This document shows, piece after piece, positions 37,213-46,971 of a DNA stretch of 64,000 nucleotides. The stretch is from NCBI GenBank assembly GCA_027078545.1, contig JALWXN010000004.1, forward strand, positions 892,133-956,132. The letters run 5' to 3'. The position numbers and the translations under genes were made by a program. The stretch comes from Nitrososphaeria archaeon. GTDB taxonomy: Archaea; Thermoproteota; Nitrososphaeria; Geothermarchaeales; JDFR-13. Below the pieces are notes generated by a model. That model was not told the origin of the DNA. It saw nothing but the letters and a program-made list of their open reading frames with translations, and made no database searches. Positions within the stretch are counted from its first letter, which is position 1. Each line of letters begins with the position of its first letter.

Positions 37213-39291
37213 TTGAACCGATACCTCTACCTACTATTATCCATACCAATACTCCTCCTACTGCCACAGACAGTGGTGACGGCTAACACCTATATAGTGC
37301 CGATAGACTACCCCACCATACAGGACGCGGTGGACAACGTACCGCCAGGATCCACGATAAGGATACTCGGAACAGTGGTGGAGAACGGGATAGTGATAGA
37401 CAAGACCCTGACAATAGAAGGCGGAGTGGTGGACTATGGAGATGACTGGGGCTTCTACATAAGGCGGGGAACAACCACCTTTAGGGACATCACACTCAGG
37501 GCCAGGTATCTCTGGTACAACAGTATAATCCCGCCGACATTCACATACTCAGCCTCGGCGGGCATAATAGCGATGGACTCCGAGGTAGTTATAGACAACG
37601 TCACTATCCATACCGATGGCCGTATCCAGGATAGGTCGGAGAAGATCTCCTACTACTACGGCATAGTCGGTAGGGACAGGAGCATAGTCAGGGGCGACGG
37701 GCTCAACATATCCGAGATGGATATAGGGATAGAGATGAGCGACACCCAGAAATCTATCACGCCCCAATGCTACCTGATATACACCGCATATACGAAGTGC
37801 CTAGTAGGCGGTGTCGACAAGAGTGTTACCCTAGACGTCTCTAACGTAACTATCCAGAGCGAGGTAGGCGTAGCCATATTCAGCATGTATCCAAATGACT
37901 ACTACAGGGTTAGGGACTTCAACATCACCGGTGAGATCCCCATCTATATAAGGAACACATTCAAGGACACTAGCAAGACCGACTTCTCCACATTCATCTT
38001 CGCCGGGGGAGAACTGAGGAGCATACCCGACGAGGGAAAGTTCATTCAGCCCTATGGAACAGGGGTATACATAGTATCGATGGGGATGACCGACTTCACG
38101 CTCAGTGACGCCCTGGTATATGGCGAGAGGTATGGAGTACAGCATCAGGAGGCGGGTGGAGAGGTCAAGTATACACGTTGGCGAATAGCGGTTGAGAGGA
38201 GCAGCATACTGGCATATACAAATGGGTTTAGGTATGACTCGGCCCAACCAAAGGCAACAGTATCTAACGATGTAGACGTCTTTATCAGGGATACGTTGAT
38301 AAACTCTTATGCCAGTACTGTCAGTGAGGGAATATTTATAACATCGACAAACCCGTTGCGGAACTATCTACATGTAGAGGTGATCAACACAAATATCAGC
38401 GGCTTTTATATAGGCCTATCATTCAGGTTCGACAGGATAAACATGTTCAACTTAACGATGCACCGTCTATTCTTCCTAAACCCGAGTGGATATGGACTCA
38501 GCGTATGGACAGTAACCTTCGAAAAGGGATATTTATGGGCAGGATATAGCCTACTATACAGCATAATAGTAATGACAGAGACAGACTACCCCTTCTACCT
38601 CTATGAGACGGTCTATGACGAGAAGAACTCCCTGATCTGGGGCAAGATAGAGATAGAGGTCTGGTGGACACTCCTGACAGAGGTATTCAGCAGTCTAACC
38701 AACAACCCGATCCAGGGAGCCACGGTAACCTATAACTGGGACATAGGCACAGCCTCAGGCCTCACCGACTCCGCTGGAAGATATACCTACCAGTTCCACT
38801 ACAAGTATGGAAACGGGCCTAGATATGGGCCGGGATATACCTTTGTAAACACCATATGGGTGGGCGCCAACTACTACGGAGTATCAGCGTCGACTACGCA
38901 TCTAACATACTTTGGAGACACATTGACGAGTCCCAGCTGGTATAGACACATAGACTTCTACCTACCCGCCCTGATCCTCAAGGTCCTAGGCTTCAGCCAC
39001 GACATGGGGACTACATACCTAGTCATAAGGGGTCTTGAGGGGGCCTTCATAGGCTACTACAGCTATACACCTGACGAGATAAGGGTTCCGCCGAGTATCC
39101 AAGACCTCTCCACAGGGTATAGGAAGTACCCCCTGAGGATAGCCTCGATAATCTTCCAGGGAGCCTATACAAGGGTCGATGCACAGATATTCTACGATGG
39201 CTATTGGCAGCCGACCACGATATATATTGGACGGGTAACCGGGATGGTCTGGAGCCCAGGCCCGGTAGACTTCAGGGGCTGGCTAGGATAG
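37213..39291 (+). CDS. secreted protein with predicted right-handed beta-helix repeats
   Basis: TTG start then signal peptide MNRYLYLLLSIPILLLLPQTVVTA; repetitive Gly/Asn/Thr-rich beta segments typical of parallel beta-helix surface proteins. Confidence 0.55.
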   Translation: MNRYLYLLLSIPILLLLPQTVVTANTYIVPIDYPTIQDAVDNVPPGSTIRILGTVVENGIVIDKTLTIEGGVVDYGDDWGFYIRRGTTTFRDITLRARYLWYNSIIPPTFTYSASAGIIAMDSEVVIDNVTIHTDGRIQDRSEKISYYYGIVGRDRSIVRGDGLNISEMDIGIEMSDTQKSITPQCYLIYTAYTKCLVGGVDKSVTLDVSNVTIQSEVGVAIFSMYPNDYYRVRDFNITGEIPIYIRNTFKDTSKTDFSTFIFAGGELRSIPDEGKFIQPYGTGVYIVSMGMTDFTLSDALVYGERYGVQHQEAGGEVKYTRWRIAVERSSILAYTNGFRYDSAQPKATVSNDVDVFIRDTLINSYASTVSEGIFITSTNPLRNYLHVEVINTNISGFYIGLSFRFDRINMFNLTMHRLFFLNPSGYGLSVWTVTFEKGYLWAGYSLLYSIIVMTETDYPFYLYETVYDEKNSLIWGKIEIEVWWTLLTEVFSSLTNNPIQGATVTYNWDIGTASGLTDSAGRYTYQFHYKYGNGPRYGPGYTFVNTIWVGANYYGVSASTTHLTYFGDTLTSPSWYRHIDFYLPALILKVLGFSHDMGTTYLVIRGLEGAFIGYYSYTPDEIRVPPSIQDLSTGYRKYPLRIASIIFQGAYTRVDAQIFYDGYWQPTTIYIGRVTGMVWSPGPVDFRGWLG

Positions 39292-39381
39292 CCCCAAAAC
39301 CTATATTTTTTAACCATAGCCCCAAGACACTCCTCCAAAGCCACACCATTTAATCCCCATCATACAGGGATTATTATCCAC

Positions 39382-41295
39382 ATGGAGATGCTTTGGCACC
39401 CGCCCCAGGAGCTCGTCGAGAACAGTAATGTGATGAGGGTTATTAGGGAGCTTGGGCTGGACAGCTATGAAGACCTACTCAGGAGGAGTATAGAGGACCA
39501 TGAATGGTTCTGGGGATGGCTCCCAGAACTCCTAGGAATAGAGTGGTTCAGACCCTTCGACAAGGTCGTCGACTATAGCGAGGGCGTCGAGTGGGCTAGG
39601 TGGTACATAGGCGGCCTGATCAACGCTACATACAACGTGCTGGATAAACATATGGATAGCGAGGTGGAGAGGAGAACCGCCTTCATATGGCAGGGTGAGG
39701 ACGGATCGGTGGTGGAGTATAGCTATAGGAGGCTCTACAGCGAGGTCAACAGGCTAGCATCAGCCCTTAGGAGGAGGGGTGTGGAGAGGGGGGAGACCAT
39801 AGCCATGTATATGCCGATGATGCCGGAGACCGTGGTCGTCCTACTAGCAGCTATGAGGATCGGGGCGGTGCCCACACCCATATTCTCCGGCTTCGGTAAG
39901 GAGGCCGTTAGAACCAGGGTGGAGGACGCCCACTCCAGACTCATATTCACAACCGATGTTGGGTATAGGAGGGGGCGTAGGATAGACCTCCTAACAACCC
40001 TTAGAGAGGCGGTCGAGGGCCTAGACTATGTGGAGGACATCATAATAGTTAAGAGGGCCGGCTCAGATGGGACGGACTATAGAGACTTTATAGCCGAGGG
40101 CGGGTCATACCAGAGGCCCGAGGAGCTAGACCCCAACCACCCCGCCCTACTCCTATACAGCTCCGGAACAACTGGTAAGCCCAAGGGAATAGTGATCTCA
40201 CACATAGGCGCTTTGATCCAGCCGAGCAAGGAGATATACTTCAACCTAGACCTCAAGCCGGAGGACCTCTTCATGTGGATAACCGATATTGGCTGGATGA
40301 TGGGGCCATGGCAGATAATCGGTGTTGGAAACCTAGGGGGGACCCACGCAATCATGGAGGGGGCTCCAGACTATCCCGGGCCGGACAGGATATGGAGGTT
40401 CGTGGCTGAGCACAGGGTGACGATTCTAGGCGGCTCGGCAACACTCTTCCGGATGTTCAAGAAGTATGGGAGGAGATATGTCGAGATGCACGACACATCC
40501 TCTATAAGGATACTCGGGAACACGGGTGAGCCGATAGACGAGGACACCTGGAGATGGGTGATGGAGGTTATCGGGAGGTGGAGAGCCCCCATGATAAACC
40601 TGAGCGGGGGGACAGAGATATTTGGATGCCTAGTCCTACCCTCCCCCACAGTCCCCCTGAAGCCCTCAACCGTCTATGGACCCGGCCTAGGGATGGATGT
40701 AGACGTATTCAACGACGATGGGGAGCCCGTCAGGGAGGAGGTTGGATACCTAGTCTGCAAGACCCCAGTACCATCCATGACCAGGGGCTTCTGGCGAGAC
40801 CCGGAGAGATACCTCGAGACCTACTGGACCAGGTGGGAGGGCATCTGGTACCACGGCGACTGGGCCTACATCGACAAGGACGGCTACTGGTTCCTACTGG
40901 GTAGGGCCGACGACGTGATCAAGATAGCTGGGAAGCGCCTAGGCCCAGCTGAGGTAGAGACAATACTCAACTCACACCCCATGGTCGCCGAGTCCGCCTG
41001 TATAGGCGCCCCAGACCCGTTGAAGGGTGAGAAGCTGGTCTGCTTCGTAAAGACCGTTGGTGAGCCCGGGCCTGGACTAATAGATGAGCTAAGGGATATG
41101 GTGGGGGAGAGGCTCGGGAAGCCCTTCAGACCGGAGGAGATCTACATAGTCCCAGACCTACCCAGGACGAGGAGCGGCAAGATTATGAGGCGGGTTCTTA
41201 GGGCTATATATACGGATAGCCCGGTCGGCGACGTATCAACCCTGGAGAACCCGGAGGCACTCGAGGGGGTCAAGGAGGCTCTAGGACGCGCCTGA
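39382..41295 (+). CDS. acs: AMP-forming acyl-CoA synthetase (acetyl- or propionyl-CoA synthetase)
   Basis: AMP-binding YSSGTTGKPKG, adenylate-domain motifs, C-terminal PRTRSGKIMRR; 637 aa. Confidence 0.85.
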   Translation: MEMLWHPPQELVENSNVMRVIRELGLDSYEDLLRRSIEDHEWFWGWLPELLGIEWFRPFDKVVDYSEGVEWARWYIGGLINATYNVLDKHMDSEVERRTAFIWQGEDGSVVEYSYRRLYSEVNRLASALRRRGVERGETIAMYMPMMPETVVVLLAAMRIGAVPTPIFSGFGKEAVRTRVEDAHSRLIFTTDVGYRRGRRIDLLTTLREAVEGLDYVEDIIIVKRAGSDGTDYRDFIAEGGSYQRPEELDPNHPALLLYSSGTTGKPKGIVISHIGALIQPSKEIYFNLDLKPEDLFMWITDIGWMMGPWQIIGVGNLGGTHAIMEGAPDYPGPDRIWRFVAEHRVTILGGSATLFRMFKKYGRRYVEMHDTSSIRILGNTGEPIDEDTWRWVMEVIGRWRAPMINLSGGTEIFGCLVLPSPTVPLKPSTVYGPGLGMDVDVFNDDGEPVREEVGYLVCKTPVPSMTRGFWRDPERYLETYWTRWEGIWYHGDWAYIDKDGYWFLLGRADDVIKIAGKRLGPAEVETILNSHPMVAESACIGAPDPLKGEKLVCFVKTVGEPGPGLIDELRDMVGERLGKPFRPEEIYIVPDLPRTRSGKIMRRVLRAIYTDSPVGDVSTLENPEALEGVKEALGRA

Positions 41296-41802
41296 AGCCA
41301 AGAACCTGGAGGCCTCCCTCCTAGCTACGACCCTATCCAGTAGGAGGAGGGCCACACCTATACCCATTATCGGACCCCCAAAGACAATGGTAAAGTCGTA
41401 GTCAGGCTCAACCAAGATGTCCAGCAGCAACCTCGGCCTAGAACCATTCACCAACTCCTTGGTCGGCACCAGCTCGATATAGACATAGTAGGAGCTGGGA
41501 ACATCAGCCGTATACTCAAACTTCTCCAAACCCTCGACAACCCCTTCAAACAGCTTCTCAGGACCACCGCCAAACACACTCCTATAGATAGTTACGTAGG
41601 CCTCAGCCTCACTGATGATGCTTATCCTAACAACACCAGAGGTTAGCGAGACGTAGTTAACACCCTTCTCAGGGATTATCTCGTGGAACTCGTAGAGGAA
41701 GCTCTCCGAGATAGGCTCCTGAACACCCCCCAACACCCCCATTAGGACTATGGCTACACCGATGACGATGAAATATATCGCCAATACCCTCAACCAGATC
41801 AA
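41281..41802 (-). CDS. hypothetical membrane protein (third gene of ABC-2 operon)
   Basis: N-terminal TM helix IWLRVLAIYFIVIGVAIVLMGVL and C-terminal TM; 4-nt overlap with upstream permease. Confidence 0.45.
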   Translation of the reverse strand: MIWLRVLAIYFIVIGVAIVLMGVLGGVQEPISESFLYEFHEIIPEKGVNYVSLTSGVVRISIISEAEAYVTIYRSVFGGGPEKLFEGVVEGLEKFEYTADVPSSYYVYIELVPTKELVNGSRPRLLLDILVEPDYDFTIVFGGPIMGIGVALLLLDRVVARREASRFLASGAS

Positions 41803-42758
41803 TCCACCTCAACCCTCCTCAGGAAATAAGCAGCTAGGAGGATAACCATGAGGGATAGGCCAAGGATGACAAGGAGATAGACGGATAGGGCAACCAGGGA
41901 TCCGGGGGCATCCACATAGGGAGGAATTCCATAGGGGCTCATCATCAAGCCTCCTAGGAAACCCTCCCTCTCGAGTTCATCCAGTATGCCTAGTAGTGCT
42001 ACATAGCCAATGAATGGTGATGCTGTGGGCTCACCAAATTGAGGATTACCACTCCTTGTGAGCCATCTCTCAATATGTATGACAAGCTGTGTAAAGACCA
42101 TGTAGAGCACTGCACTCGAGAGTATGAAGGCAGGTATCTCCCTCCTCACGACCAAAGCGACGGAGAATGCTATGGATGACATCAGTATCAGCTCGGGGAG
42201 ACCCATTATAGACGCTAACAATAGAGAGGAATCGGGACGATAGAAGATGCTACCCACAACGAAGTAGGTCGAGGTCACGTAGAAAGCCACCATAACGACG
42301 TTGAAGAGAATCCTTCCAACGAAATACTCATCCCTGGTTATCGGTAGAGTCATATACCTCTTAAACACACCAGGCCTCAGCATCGACGAAGCCTCCATAG
42401 ACACATAAGCCGCGACCCCAAGTATCAGGAACATAGGCTCAATAGATACTCTCCAGACGGTCAGTAAGTGATGCGTAAAGCCGAAGATACCACTACGAAC
42501 CAAGATGTAGAGCTTCCTCTCAAGATATGCCAATCTATTCAGATTCATAACCACTTCATCGCCAGTGATTAGAGGGTCTCCGGATACCAAGATCTCTTCT
42601 AGACTTATTCTACTCCCTATACTTATCAAGCCACTTGTAACCAGTGGATAGAACATCAGTATCGTCGAGCCTACGAGAATCAGGAGATTGAGGAGGTTCA
42701 GCTGGCCTATCTCCATCCTCATAACCCTAAGTACAGCCCTAAGCCTCATCCCCACCAC
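41799..42758 (-). CDS. ABC transporter permease (ABC-2 type)
   Basis: Multi-pass membrane protein directly downstream of, and overlapping, the ABC ATPase gene. Confidence 0.6.
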   Translation of the reverse strand: MVGMRLRAVLRVMRMEIGQLNLLNLLILVGSTILMFYPLVTSGLISIGSRISLEEILVSGDPLITGDEVVMNLNRLAYLERKLYILVRSGIFGFTHHLLTVWRVSIEPMFLILGVAAYVSMEASSMLRPGVFKRYMTLPITRDEYFVGRILFNVVMVAFYVTSTYFVVGSIFYRPDSSLLLASIMGLPELILMSSIAFSVALVVRREIPAFILSSAVLYMVFTQLVIHIERWLTRSGNPQFGEPTASPFIGYVALLGILDELEREGFLGGLMMSPYGIPPYVDAPGSLVALSVYLLVILGLSLMVILLAAYFLRRVEVD

Positions 42759-43683
42759 CCAGCCGGAAGAACACCTGGGTCAAAGGATCCGGATAGAGGG
42801 AGACCTCCCAAACAGAGACCCCTAGATCACGGCAGAGCTCAAGAACCTCCATCAACGACTTACGTGGATCCCTCAGGAATATGTGGAGGCCAAGCTCATC
42901 TATATGATACTCCTCCACACCCCCTATTGTTGAGAGGCCTTCAACCAAGCCCTCCACATCACCATCCAGCCTGAAGAGGTAGTGGAACCTATCTAGACGT
43001 GAGAGGAGCTCCCTAAAGCCTCCAGACGCTACTATCCGTCCACTCCTTATGAAGACGAAGTTGTCGCAGATCGGTAGGAGGTGTGGCAGTATATGGGACG
43101 CTATGATAAAGCTCTTACCACTCCTGGACAGCTCCCTAATCAGGCCGACAAAGGTGATTATACTCTCTACATCCACGTTTGAGAAGGGCTCGTCAAGGAT
43201 GTAGAGGTCGACATCAGGGTTTAGAAGAGTTCTAGCCATCAGGAGTCTCTTAAACATACCCGTCGAGTAGCCTCCAACCCGCATCCCCAATGCCCAGTCA
43301 ATCCCGACCATCCTAGCAAGCTCGAGGATACGCCCCTCATGATCATCGATACCCATGGCCTGAGCCTCCACTTTCAACAGCTGATAGCCAGTCAGCCAAC
43401 CTGGAAACCCGATCTCATCAGGCATGACACCCATCCTGCTAAAAACCTCAGCCCTCTCCAACCAGGGGTCAAAGTCGAAAACCCTCACTACACCACTATC
43501 AGGCCTGATAAACCCACTAACAATATTGATCGTAGTAGTCTTACCAGCCCCATTAGGCCCTATAAAACCAAGGACACCCCCACCAAACTCCAGGGACAAC
43601 CCGTCCAGAGCCCTGACCTCACCAAAGCTCTTATACACATCCCTAAGCAGAAGAATCAAATGAAACCACCCCATCAAGACCAA
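42739..43683 (-). CDS. ABC transporter ATP-binding protein
   Basis: Walker A GPNGAGKTT, signature-like YSTGMFKR, Walker B LYILDEP, H-loop ASH. Confidence 0.85.
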   Translation of the reverse strand: MVLMGWFHLILLLRDVYKSFGEVRALDGLSLEFGGGVLGFIGPNGAGKTTTINIVSGFIRPDSGVVRVFDFDPWLERAEVFSRMGVMPDEIGFPGWLTGYQLLKVEAQAMGIDDHEGRILELARMVGIDWALGMRVGGYSTGMFKRLLMARTLLNPDVDLYILDEPFSNVDVESIITFVGLIRELSRSGKSFIIASHILPHLLPICDNFVFIRSGRIVASGGFRELLSRLDRFHYLFRLDGDVEGLVEGLSTIGGVEEYHIDELGLHIFLRDPRKSLMEVLELCRDLGVSVWEVSLYPDPLTQVFFRLGGGDEA

Positions 43684-43827
43684 TACTGCTCATGACAAAA
43701 TAAATCATCCATTAAAGACCTAACAAAAATGTATCTATGGAGACTATACCACAAACTACAAGTATATACAAAAAAGGCAGGGATAAGTACACAAACAAAT
43801 AAGTTATATGGGATTTAATTACATATC

Positions 43828-44349
43828 ATGAGAACCCTGATTATACTAGTGACAATAATATTAAGCCTACTAATCATAGGCAACATCTATGTACAGGGAA
43901 GGACAGCTCCAGAGTCCATCGACCCTAGATATGATGAGGACATGTATTATACGACGAGATACTTTCATTATACACCTTACTATATGTATGGAAAAGTCGT
44001 TGGATGGTACGTACCCAGGGATTCCGGCTACTTTAGGACTATACACGCTGGATCCGGTGCAGATCGATATAACAGAACACTGAGTTATTATAACCATATA
44101 GTTATGCTTCGTTTATGTGGAAGGGCCTTCGACTCCAATGGAAACATGATTGCCAATCCCTGCGTTACTGAAACCGCCACCCGCCAAGATCGGTATTTAT
44201 ATGAGGTGATTACCGTTGACTATGGAGCTGTAAGGGCGGTCAAGGCCCAGACCTATGTTTATGCCGTCTTCCACCATTATCATGATAGTACATTCGTAGT
44301 GTCATTTTCAGATAGCATTCCGTACAGCTACGTAGAGGTTAACTACTAG
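43828..44349 (+). CDS. small secreted Tyr-rich hypothetical protein
   Basis: Signal peptide MRTLIILVTIILSLLIIGNIYVQG; gene is markedly AT-richer than its surroundings. Confidence 0.5.
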   Translation: MRTLIILVTIILSLLIIGNIYVQGRTAPESIDPRYDEDMYYTTRYFHYTPYYMYGKVVGWYVPRDSGYFRTIHAGSGADRYNRTLSYYNHIVMLRLCGRAFDSNGNMIANPCVTETATRQDRYLYEVITVDYGAVRAVKAQTYVYAVFHHYHDSTFVVSFSDSIPYSYVEVNY

Positions 44350-44354
44350 GCGAG

Positions 44355-45218
44355 ATGAGGGGCCTAGCTATATCCCTCACCCTCCTATTTTTATTTATAC
44401 AGCCACACCCATACTTGATACCCCTCGACGATGAAGGCATATATATGAAATACTCTGGATTCTTCGGGCTTTACACTCCACTTTACGGGGTTTATAGTGG
44501 AGAGCCCCTTGAGCCAGAAATACTGGACGCTACCCCCTTTGTCGAAGGTGAATTGTTGGTAAGGCTCGATAAAAACTATATTGAATATGCCATCTACACC
44601 ATAGAGATCAGGTTTAAGGGGAGTTACGAGGCCCTTGAGAGGCTGGGCCTAGGCACCAGGTTCACTGTCTCTGTAAAGGTTTACAGGGAAGGGGGCATGA
44701 TAGACTTCCTGGGCCATCGCATCCCCTTCCTATTCGTAGCCGATCTTGACTATCTCTCCAATGGCCCCCATGAGATTCGAATATCTATAAACGGGACCTC
44801 CAACATCTCGATCAGTTTGCTGGAGCTTGAGGATAGGGTTGAGGAGATTGTTCTGAAGGGAGCATACTCTGTCCAGACCTTCGGATTGGACAATGGCCAC
44901 AAGTATCTGGCTGGTATATTTAATGACAAGGATAAGAGGATACTCGCCACTTATTCATATCGTGGATACGCCAGATTCTACAACTTCTTGGTTACGCCAC
45001 TGCTGAGGATGGGTATAGTCATCACCTTCCATGGCAACCTAGTAGATACTAATCTAGAGGGGGTTCAGAAACAGCCAAGCCCACTAGAGATGTATAGATC
45101 ACTACTATCCTCACTATTTGGGCCATTCGGGAGTGTCCTCTACTATACCAGCCTCATCACACTTTTAGGTCTGGTGATAGTGGCACTAGCTAAGCTAATT
45201 AGGAGGCTCAGAGGATGA
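44355..45218 (+). CDS. secreted hypothetical protein with C-terminal TM anchor (tandem paralog 1)
   Basis: Signal peptide MRGLAISLTLLFLFIQP; C-terminal TM LITLLGLVIVALAKLIRRLRG; clear similarity to the following ORF (e.g. LPFLLVIDMDYIS vs IPFLFVADLDYLS). Confidence 0.55.
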   Translation: MRGLAISLTLLFLFIQPHPYLIPLDDEGIYMKYSGFFGLYTPLYGVYSGEPLEPEILDATPFVEGELLVRLDKNYIEYAIYTIEIRFKGSYEALERLGLGTRFTVSVKVYREGGMIDFLGHRIPFLFVADLDYLSNGPHEIRISINGTSNISISLLELEDRVEEIVLKGAYSVQTFGLDNGHKYLAGIFNDKDKRILATYSYRGYARFYNFLVTPLLRMGIVITFHGNLVDTNLEGVQKQPSPLEMYRSLLSSLFGPFGSVLYYTSLITLLGLVIVALAKLIRRLRG

Positions 45219-45283
45219 GGAGATCAAGCCCTTGTTCATGATACCCCTCGCCCTAATAGTAACGAGTATAGCCGGGCCCCCAC

Positions 45284-46096
45284 ATGCTACCGCTACATGA
45301 CGAGGATACATTCTTCAGATATGAAGGATATTTCAGTGTTTATGAACCGCTTGGGGGGTTGTATGACTTGGATATTAATATTTCCTGGATCGATTTTAAG
45401 GGGTCGTTACTCGTGACTGTTGAGAAGAATTTTGTGGACTATGTGGTGTATGGCCTAGTTGTTGAGCCGTATGAAGAGATCCCTCCTGAGCTGGAGATGT
45501 TGATAGGTGTTAAGACTCTCGTAAAGGTCTCTAGGGTGGGTGGGAACATCTATATCGATGGTCAGGAGCTACCCTTCCTCCTAGTCATAGACATGGACTA
45601 CATCTCCAACGAGAACCCAGTTTATAACGTATCATTTGACGGCCTCACAAACTATACTATTTCCAACCTACGGCTGGTGGAGTCGGAAGGGGGGCTGATT
45701 CTAGAGACGAATCTCAGCATGCTATCTACGATCGTCCCAATAGGCCATGGATACCCATTCTCAATAACTTCACAGGGGAAGTATACCACCCGGATCGGTG
45801 TATATTCCCGGTATGGCTATGCAGTGAGTTACTCATATCTCATGATCCCCTTTTTCGAGAAGGGGCTCGCGATAGACTTTGTTGGTTGGCTCGTAGATAC
45901 CAATGCTGAGAGGGAGCCCGTGAATATGGTGGCGGTTCTCCTCGAGGGCTACCTTAGGTTCCTGGTGTTCAGCCTTGGGCCTCTGGGCATCGCGATATAC
46001 TATGGCACTATGATTCTCGCCGCTGGTCTAGTAGCCGCCTTTGTCTACTGGCTTGTCAGGAGGCTTAGGTGGGGTTTTGGCGTGGCCGCCACCTAG
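45284..46096 (+). CDS. secreted hypothetical protein with C-terminal TM anchor (tandem paralog 2; signal peptide encoded in a different frame, possible frameshifted pseudogene)
   Basis: Paralogous to 44355-45218 but lacks an in-frame signal peptide. A signal-peptide-like ORF MIPLALIVTSIAGPPHATAT lies at 45238-45300 in the -1 frame; C5 run at 45277-45281 is the likely shift site. Confidence 0.45.
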   Translation: MLPLHDEDTFFRYEGYFSVYEPLGGLYDLDINISWIDFKGSLLVTVEKNFVDYVVYGLVVEPYEEIPPELEMLIGVKTLVKVSRVGGNIYIDGQELPFLLVIDMDYISNENPVYNVSFDGLTNYTISNLRLVESEGGLILETNLSMLSTIVPIGHGYPFSITSQGKYTTRIGVYSRYGYAVSYSYLMIPFFEKGLAIDFVGWLVDTNAEREPVNMVAVLLEGYLRFLVFSLGPLGIAIYYGTMILAAGLVAAFVYWLVRRLRWGFGVAAT

Positions 46097-46970
46097 ATAG
46101 TCTCCTGTCGAACTCCTCGTACTCCTCGTATCCTATTAGTCTGTAGAACTCCCTCCTCTCCATCAGCCTGTCTAGGAAGGGTTTCTGCGTCCCGTGCTCC
46201 CTGAGGGCCTGGTATATCTCCAACGCGTTCTTGGCGTTGGCCCTGAATACGGTGACTGGGAAGACGACGAACTTCACCCCTACACTCCTAAATTCCTCGT
46301 AGCTGATGTATGGCGTCCTCCCAAACTCCGTCATATTGGCTAGGATGGGTGCGTCGACCTCCTCGACGAAGACCCTATACTCCTCTAGAGTCTCCAGGGC
46401 CTCCGGGAATATTATGTCCGCCCCGGCCTCCACGTATAGCTTGGCCCTCCTCAGAGCCTCCTCCAGCCCATATACATTCCTCGCATCAGTCCTCGCCACT
46501 ATCAGGAAGTCCCTACTCCTCCTAGCCTCCACAGCCGCCCTGATCTTCCTGGCCATATCTATAGGGTCCACCAGCTCCTTCCCGGAGAGGTGTCCACACT
46601 TCTTGGGGAGGACCTGGTCCTCGATCTGTATAGCGGCTGCCCCCGCATCCTCCAGCTCCCTCACGGCTCTAGCAACGTTTAAGACCTCCCCAAAACCTGT
46701 GTCGGCATCGACTATCAGTGGGATACCTACGACCTTAGTGATCAGCCTTGTGAAGAATACGAGTTCGGAGAGGGTGATAAGCCCTAGATCAGGCATGGCT
46801 AGGCTCCCGGTCAGGGCAGCCCCGCTCAGATATATAGCCCTATAGCCCACCTTCTCAGCCAGCAGGGCTGTGAAGGGGTTGTATACACCGGGGACTATAT
46901 AGGCCTCCCCATCCTCCACCAGCTCCCTCAGAAGCGGCTTTACGTCACCAGTGGGTAGGAGATGCCTCAT
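46065..46970 (-). CDS. prpB: 2-methylisocitrate lyase (isocitrate lyase/PEP mutase family)
   Basis: Family motifs IVDADTGFG and KKCGH, TIM-barrel length about 300 aa; adjacent to prpD. Confidence 0.8.
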   Translation of the reverse strand: MRHLLPTGDVKPLLRELVEDGEAYIVPGVYNPFTALLAEKVGYRAIYLSGAALTGSLAMPDLGLITLSELVFFTRLITKVVGIPLIVDADTGFGEVLNVARAVRELEDAGAAAIQIEDQVLPKKCGHLSGKELVDPIDMARKIRAAVEARRSRDFLIVARTDARNVYGLEEALRRAKLYVEAGADIIFPEALETLEEYRVFVEEVDAPILANMTEFGRTPYISYEEFRSVGVKFVVFPVTVFRANAKNALEIYQALREHGTQKPFLDRLMERREFYRLIGYEEYEEFDRRLSRWRPRQNPT

Positions 46971-46971
46971 A

